From positions 2,577 through 66,576 of the forward strand of contig QZKM01000025.1 of assembly GCA_003599485.1 (NCBI GenBank): DNA of 64,000 nucleotides, in the 5' to 3' direction. Shown piece after piece: positions 57,632 through 64,000 of this stretch (the stretch's first letter is position 1; the number at the start of each line of letters is the position of its first letter). The DNA is from Gammaproteobacteria bacterium. GTDB lineage: Bacteria > Pseudomonadota > Gammaproteobacteria > SURF-13. Under the pieces are notes generated by a model. That model was given only the letters and a program-made list of their open reading frames with translations, was not told the origin of the DNA and ran no database searches. The position numbers and the translations under genes were made by a program.

Positions 57632-59416
57632 TCAGAAAACCTCTTCCCAGCTTTTGCTCAACCGCATGGCGGAATTGATAAGCCCCACCATGCTGTAGGT
57701 CTGGGGAAAGTTCCCCCACAGCCTGCGGCTGGCGGGGTCAATGTCTTCCGAGAGCAAGCCCAGCGGATTGCGGCAGGCGAGCAGCGTATCGAACAGCGCG
57801 CGCGCCTCCTCGCGGCGGCCCAGGGCCGCAAGGGCGTCAATGTACCAGAACGTGCAGACCACGAACGCCGTCTGCGGCTCGCCGAAGTCGTCCTTATGCG
57901 TGTAGCGGAAGATGAAATCACCCCGCTTGAGGCGCCGCTCGACCGCCGCTACCGTGCCGGCGAAGCGCGGATCGTCCGCGGCCAGAAACCCGATCTCATG
58001 CAACAGCAGCAGGCTCGCGTCGAGCTCTTTGCCGCCGAAACTCTCCACGAAACTCTGCTGCTTCGCATCCCAGGCATTCTCGCACACCGTGCGGTGGATA
58101 ACGTCCGCATGCCCGCGCCAATAGTGGGCACGGTCGTTGAGGCCGAGGCGCGTGGCGATGCGCGCCAGGCGGTCGCAGGCGACCCAGCACATGACGCTGG
58201 AGAAAGTGTGAATGCGCGTGGCGTTGCGCAGTTCCCAAACGCCCGCGTCAGGCTGGCGGTACACCGCGCGCGCCATCTCCCCCAGCGCCTCGAGACGCCG
58301 GAACAGGCCTTCGTTGCCGGGGCGGTCAAGACGCTCGTCGAAGAACATGTGGGTTGCGGACAGAATCACCGAGCCGTACACGTCGTTCTGCACCTGCCGG
58401 TACGCGGCATTGCCGGTGCGCACCGGCCCCATGCCCAGATAGCCGGGAAGGCTGGCTATGACGGATTCATCGAGATCAACGTGGCCGCTGACGCCGTACA
58501 CCGGCTGCAGGCGTCCGCCCCTCATGTTCGCGGCGATGTTCACGATGTAGTGCAGGTAACGCTCCATGGTGCGCGTCACACTCAGGCGATTCAGCGCGGC
58601 GACCACAAAATAGCTGTCACGCAGCCAGCAATAGCGGTAATCCCAATTGCGCCCGCTGTCCGGCGCCTCCGGCAGCGAGGTCGTCATGGCGGCGACCATG
58701 GCCCCGGTGTCATCGAAGGCGGCGAGCTTGATCGTGATCGCCGCGCGAATCACCGCCTCCTGCCACTCAAACGGGATGCCGAGGAATCGCACCCAATCCT
58801 GCCAGTAGTTGCGCGTCTCCCCGAAAAACCGCTGGCCGATTTCCCCCGGGGCTTCCGGGACGGTCTCGTCCGGCCCGATCATCAGGGTGGCGTCACGCTC
58901 GAGCACAAACGGCGTCTGCTCCAGCACCGCCGTGATCGAAACGTCGGTGGTAAGACGCAGCACCAGCTGGGGTGAAACATAGCGGATGTGATTGCTGCCA
59001 AAAGTCAGTATCGGAACCCCCGCCCCGTAGTCGTGGACAGGCTCCAGGCGAATGCGGATCACCGGGCTGCCGGAGAGGGGCCGCACGCGCCGCACGATCA
59101 TCATGGGACAGAACGTGCGTCCGAACTGGCTGAAGCGCGGGGCGAAATCGGTAATCTCCACCGCTCCACCCGTCTGATCGTAGAGTGTCGTCACCAGAAT
59201 GGCGGTATTCCGCAGATAATGCTGCTCAGCGCGCGCAAAATCCTGGATCTCAATGGCGAACGCGCCGCGGCCATCCTGCTGGGTGTTTCGAAGCAGGGCG
59301 CAAAACACGGGGTCGCCATCGAAGCGCGGCATACAGGACCACACAATCCGCGCCTGCGGATCAACCAGGGCGCTGATGCTGCAATTGCCAATCAGCCCAA
59401 GCTCCAGATTGTCCAT
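57632..59416 (-). CDS. Glycoside hydrolase family 15 (trehalase/glucoamylase-like)
   Basis: AAMTTSLPE, RNWDYRYCWLRD, WELR, GLLSED, GNFPQTYS. Confidence 0.92.
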   Translation of the reverse strand: MDNLELGLIGNCSISALVDPQARIVWSCMPRFDGDPVFCALLRNTQQDGRGAFAIEIQDFARAEQHYLRNTAILVTTLYDQTGGAVEITDFAPRFSQFGRTFCPMMIVRRVRPLSGSPVIRIRLEPVHDYGAGVPILTFGSNHIRYVSPQLVLRLTTDVSITAVLEQTPFVLERDATLMIGPDETVPEAPGEIGQRFFGETRNYWQDWVRFLGIPFEWQEAVIRAAITIKLAAFDDTGAMVAAMTTSLPEAPDSGRNWDYRYCWLRDSYFVVAALNRLSVTRTMERYLHYIVNIAANMRGGRLQPVYGVSGHVDLDESVIASLPGYLGMGPVRTGNAAYRQVQNDVYGSVILSATHMFFDERLDRPGNEGLFRRLEALGEMARAVYRQPDAGVWELRNATRIHTFSSVMCWVACDRLARIATRLGLNDRAHYWRGHADVIHRTVCENAWDAKQQSFVESFGGKELDASLLLLHEIGFLAADDPRFAGTVAAVERRLKRGDFIFRYTHKDDFGEPQTAFVVCTFWYIDALAALGRREEARALFDTLLACRNPLGLLSEDIDPASRRLWGNFPQTYSMVGLINSAMRLSKSWEEVF

Positions 59417-59431
59417 GGTCCAGTCCTCGTG

Positions 59432-60181
59432 TCACTGCGTTGCAAACCGCTGTACGTAACAGTCAAGCCAGGTCAGCACCTGTATGGCATCGGCGAGCCG
59501 CCAGCGCGCCGCCGTCGGCCCCGCGCCGACCTTGATCGAATGGCCACCCATACGGTTGACGACGGCGAAGCCGTCCTCGTCGGTGATGTCGTCGCCCGCA
59601 AAAACCGGTACGCGCCCGGCGAATGGCGGCTCGCGCATGAATTCGGCGATTGCCCGCCCCTTGTCCCAGCCGCGCGGCCGGATCTCGAAAACCATGTTGC
59701 CCGATCCCAGCACAAAGCCGTCGCCGAGTTTCCGCAACGCCTCGCGCGATGCCCGTCCGGCCTCGGCTTTCAGGTGCGGCGCGGCGCGATAGTGCAGCGC
59801 CAGGGTCAGTCCCTTGTCCTCCAGCAATATCCCGTGGTGATTGCGCGCCCACGCCAGAAGATACGAGCGCGCCTGACCGATCGCTGCCTCGGTGACCACG
59901 GCGCGGTGCACCTGTCCGTCAGCGGCGCGGCGCTCGGCGCCGTGCTGACCGGCCGCCGGCAGTTTGAGCGGCGCGAACAGCCGGTCCAGCGCCGCAATCG
60001 GCCGTCCGCTGATCAGCGCCACAGGCGCCGTTCGCTGCAACGCGGCCAGCGTACCGGTCAGTCCCGACCTGAGTTTGACGTCATCGGGGTGCTCGGCGAT
60101 GTCGAGCAGCGTACCGTCAACATCGAGAAAGAAGGCCTCATTCCGATCCAGTACCGGTAGACGGTCCAGCAATGTTTCCAC
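59432..60181 (-). CDS. otsB: Trehalose-6-phosphate phosphatase
   Basis: FLDVDGTL, ISGR, GQHGAE, ALHYR, GDDITDEDGF; start approximate (GTG 60181 or TTG 60172). Confidence 0.92.
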   Translation of the reverse strand: METLLDRLPVLDRNEAFFLDVDGTLLDIAEHPDDVKLRSGLTGTLAALQRTAPVALISGRPIAALDRLFAPLKLPAAGQHGAERRAADGQVHRAVVTEAAIGQARSYLLAWARNHHGILLEDKGLTLALHYRAAPHLKAEAGRASREALRKLGDGFVLGSGNMVFEIRPRGWDKGRAIAEFMREPPFAGRVPVFAGDDITDEDGFAVVNRMGGHSIKVGAGPTAARWRLADAIQVLTWLDCYVQRFATQ

Positions 60182-60202
60182 ACCTTCAGAAGTGATTTTG
60201 AA

Positions 60203-60289
60203 TGGTACCGAGGGTCGGAATCGAACCGACACGGTGTCGCCACCACCGGATTTTGAGTCCGGCGCGTCTACCAGTTCCGCCACCCCGGC
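60203..60289 (-). tRNA. tRNA-Leu(CAA)
   Basis: GCCGGGGTGGCGGAACTGGTAGACGCG-CCGGA-CTCAAAA-TCCGG, long variable arm, GTTCGATTC, ends ACCA. Confidence 0.97.
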
Positions 60290-60298
60290 TTTTTTGGC

Positions 60299-60307
60299 AT
60301 TATAACA
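60299..60307 (-). promoter_or_regulatory. Extended -10 promoter for tRNA-Leu
   Basis: Minus strand TGTTATAAT, 9 nt upstream of the tRNA 5' end. Confidence 0.6.
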
Positions 60308-60356
60308 TGTTGTCCTTTCTCACGGCCACGCCGCCCGTTGATGCAGAAGCCCTTCC

Positions 60357-62577
<2,221 letters not shown>

Positions 62578-62615
62578 TTGACTCACCGTTTACAAACAAC
62601 AATTCAGGTACCCCC

Positions 62616-62945
62616 ATGAGCTTTTTCATTTCCGACGCCTACGCGCAAGCCGCCCCCGCCGGCGGCGAAACCGGGATGCTGACCTTTTTGCCCATCATCA
62701 TCCTGTTTGTGATTTTTTATTTCCTGCTGATGCGCCCGCAGATGAAGCGCGCCAAGGAGCACAAGTCCATGCTCGCCTCGCTCGCCAAGGGCGATGAAGT
62801 GGTGACCAGCGGCGGCCTGCTGGGGCGCATCACCGAAATGGGCGAGGATTTTGTCAGCATCGAAATCGCGCCCGGCGTCATTACCAAGCTGCAAAAACAC
62901 GCCGTCGCCGCGGTCATGCCCAAGGGTACGCTGAAGGACGTCTGA
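62616..62945 (+). CDS. yajC: Preprotein translocase subunit YajC
   Basis: FYFLLMRPQ, GDEVVT.GG, PKGTLK. Confidence 0.96.
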   Translation: MSFFISDAYAQAAPAGGETGMLTFLPIIILFVIFYFLLMRPQMKRAKEHKSMLASLAKGDEVVTSGGLLGRITEMGEDFVSIEIAPGVITKLQKHAVAAVMPKGTLKDV

Positions 62946-62964
62946 ACGGCGCAATCCCCCGGCC

Positions 62965-64000
62965 ATGAATCAGTATCCCCTGTGGAAGTACGTGCTGATC
63001 TTCGCCGTGGTGACGGTGGGCGTGCTGTACAGCCTGCCCAACCTGTACGGTGAAGACCCGGCGCTGCAAATCTCCGCCACGCGCGGCGTCAAGGTGGACG
63101 CCGCCGTCCAAGGCAGGGTTGAAGAAACGCTCAAGCAGGCCGGTCTGCCGTTCAAATCGGCCGGCGTCGAAACAGCCACGCTGATGGTGCGCTTTGCCGA
63201 CACCGACACCCAGCTTAAGGCGCAGGATGCGGTGAAAACCGGCCTCGGCGAAGATTACGTGGTGGCATTGAATCTCGCCCCGCGCACCCCGCGCTGGCTG
63301 TTCAAACTCAACGCCCGGCCCATGTACCTTGGCCTCGATCTGCGCGGCGGCGTCCACTTTCTCATGGAGGTGGACATGGATGCAGCGCTGACCCAGGTAC
63401 AGGAGCGTTACGTGAGCGACATCCGCGCCCTGCTGCGCGACAAAAAGCTGCGCTACGTCACCATATCGCGCGGTGGCCAGGGCGTGGAAATGAAATTCCG
63501 CAGCGCTGAAGAACGCGATCAGGCGCGCGACGCGGTGCGCGACGGCTTCCGCAGCCTGCTGCTCGATGAGCGGGACAGCGCGGACAGCTTTTACCTCATC
63601 GCCAACCTGAGCGAGGCGGAAATGCGCGACGAGCGCAAGTTCGCGTTGCAGCAAAACATCACCACGCTGCGCAACCGCATCAATGAGCTCGGCGTGGCCG
63701 AGCCCGTCATCCAGCAGCAGGGCGACAGCCGCATCGTGGTGCAACTGCCGGGCGTGCAGGACACGGCGCGCGCCAAGGAAATCATCGGCGCCACCGCCAC
63801 CCTGGAGTTCCGCCTGGTGGATGAAACCCACAGCGTGGCGGAAGCCCTGGCGGGCCAGGCGCCGGCCGGCTCGAAGCTTTACAAGGTGCGCAGCGGCGGC
63901 GATACGCTGCTGAAGACTCAGGTGATGCTCACCGGCGACTCGATCATAGACGCCGCCTCCGGCATAGACCAGCAGGGCGGCGGGCCGGCGGTGTTCATCA
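62965..64000 (+). CDS. secD: Protein translocase subunit SecD, N-terminal part (runs off the window edge)
   Basis: Manual translation: MNQYPLWKY...LPNLYGEDPA...LGLDLRGGVHFLMEVD...RINELGVAEP. Confidence 0.96.
   Translation, partial: MNQYPLWKYVLIFAVVTVGVLYSLPNLYGEDPALQISATRGVKVDAAVQGRVEETLKQAGLPFKSAGVETATLMVRFADTDTQLKAQDAVKTGLGEDYVVALNLAPRTPRWLFKLNARPMYLGLDLRGGVHFLMEVDMDAALTQVQERYVSDIRALLRDKKLRYVTISRGGQGVEMKFRSAEERDQARDAVRDGFRSLLLDERDSADSFYLIANLSEAEMRDERKFALQQNITTLRNRINELGVAEPVIQQQGDSRIVVQLPGVQDTARAKEIIGATATLEFRLVDETHSVAEALAGQAPAGSKLYKVRSGGDTLLKTQVMLTGDSIIDAASGIDQQGGGPAVFI

Noticed and set aside
60182-60283. N-terminal extension of the otsB ORF (MAELVDAPDSKSGG...)
   Set aside because: It is the translated tRNA-Leu sequence, not protein.

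Overview
GC-rich chromosome segment, inferred to be gammaproteobacterial from gene order and content. The left arm (1-15810) is conserved housekeeping: purA-hisZ-hflCKX-hfq-miaA-mutL-amiB-tsaE-nnr, then msrA, folE, a ferredoxin, wrbA and proS. The right arm (60200-64000) holds tRNA-Leu(CAA), queA, tgt, yajC and secD. Two accessory pieces lie between them. (1) A solitary, lower-GC 681-aa gene (16007-18052) encodes a very divergent tubulin/FtsZ/CetZ-superfamily GTPase with T1-T7-like motifs in order and a long unassigned C-terminal region; it is preceded by about 600 bp of structured non-coding DNA. (2) A block of about 35 kb (25045-60181) ends at the tRNA-Leu 3' end. Five FNR-type boxes sit at its promoters, with -10 hexamers at class II spacing on seven of eight promoter sides. 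It combines RNA repair genes (rtcA, archease-rtcB, RNase Z-like; no rtcR in the window), an HPF-cold-shock fusion, a DksA/TraR paralogue, class III RNR, dodecin, Hsp20, a group 3b [NiFe]-hydrogenase with hyp genes and an embedded Lon-like protease, PDH E1 subunits, lipid-modifying enzymes, and trehalose genes that include a membrane-sensor/HAMP-fused trehalose-6-phosphate synthase. By gene content this resembles the mycobacterial DosR dormancy regulon, here apparently under FNR-type control (inference). No CRISPR array, rRNA, integrase or transposase was seen. All calls come from motif recognition by eye; no searches were run.
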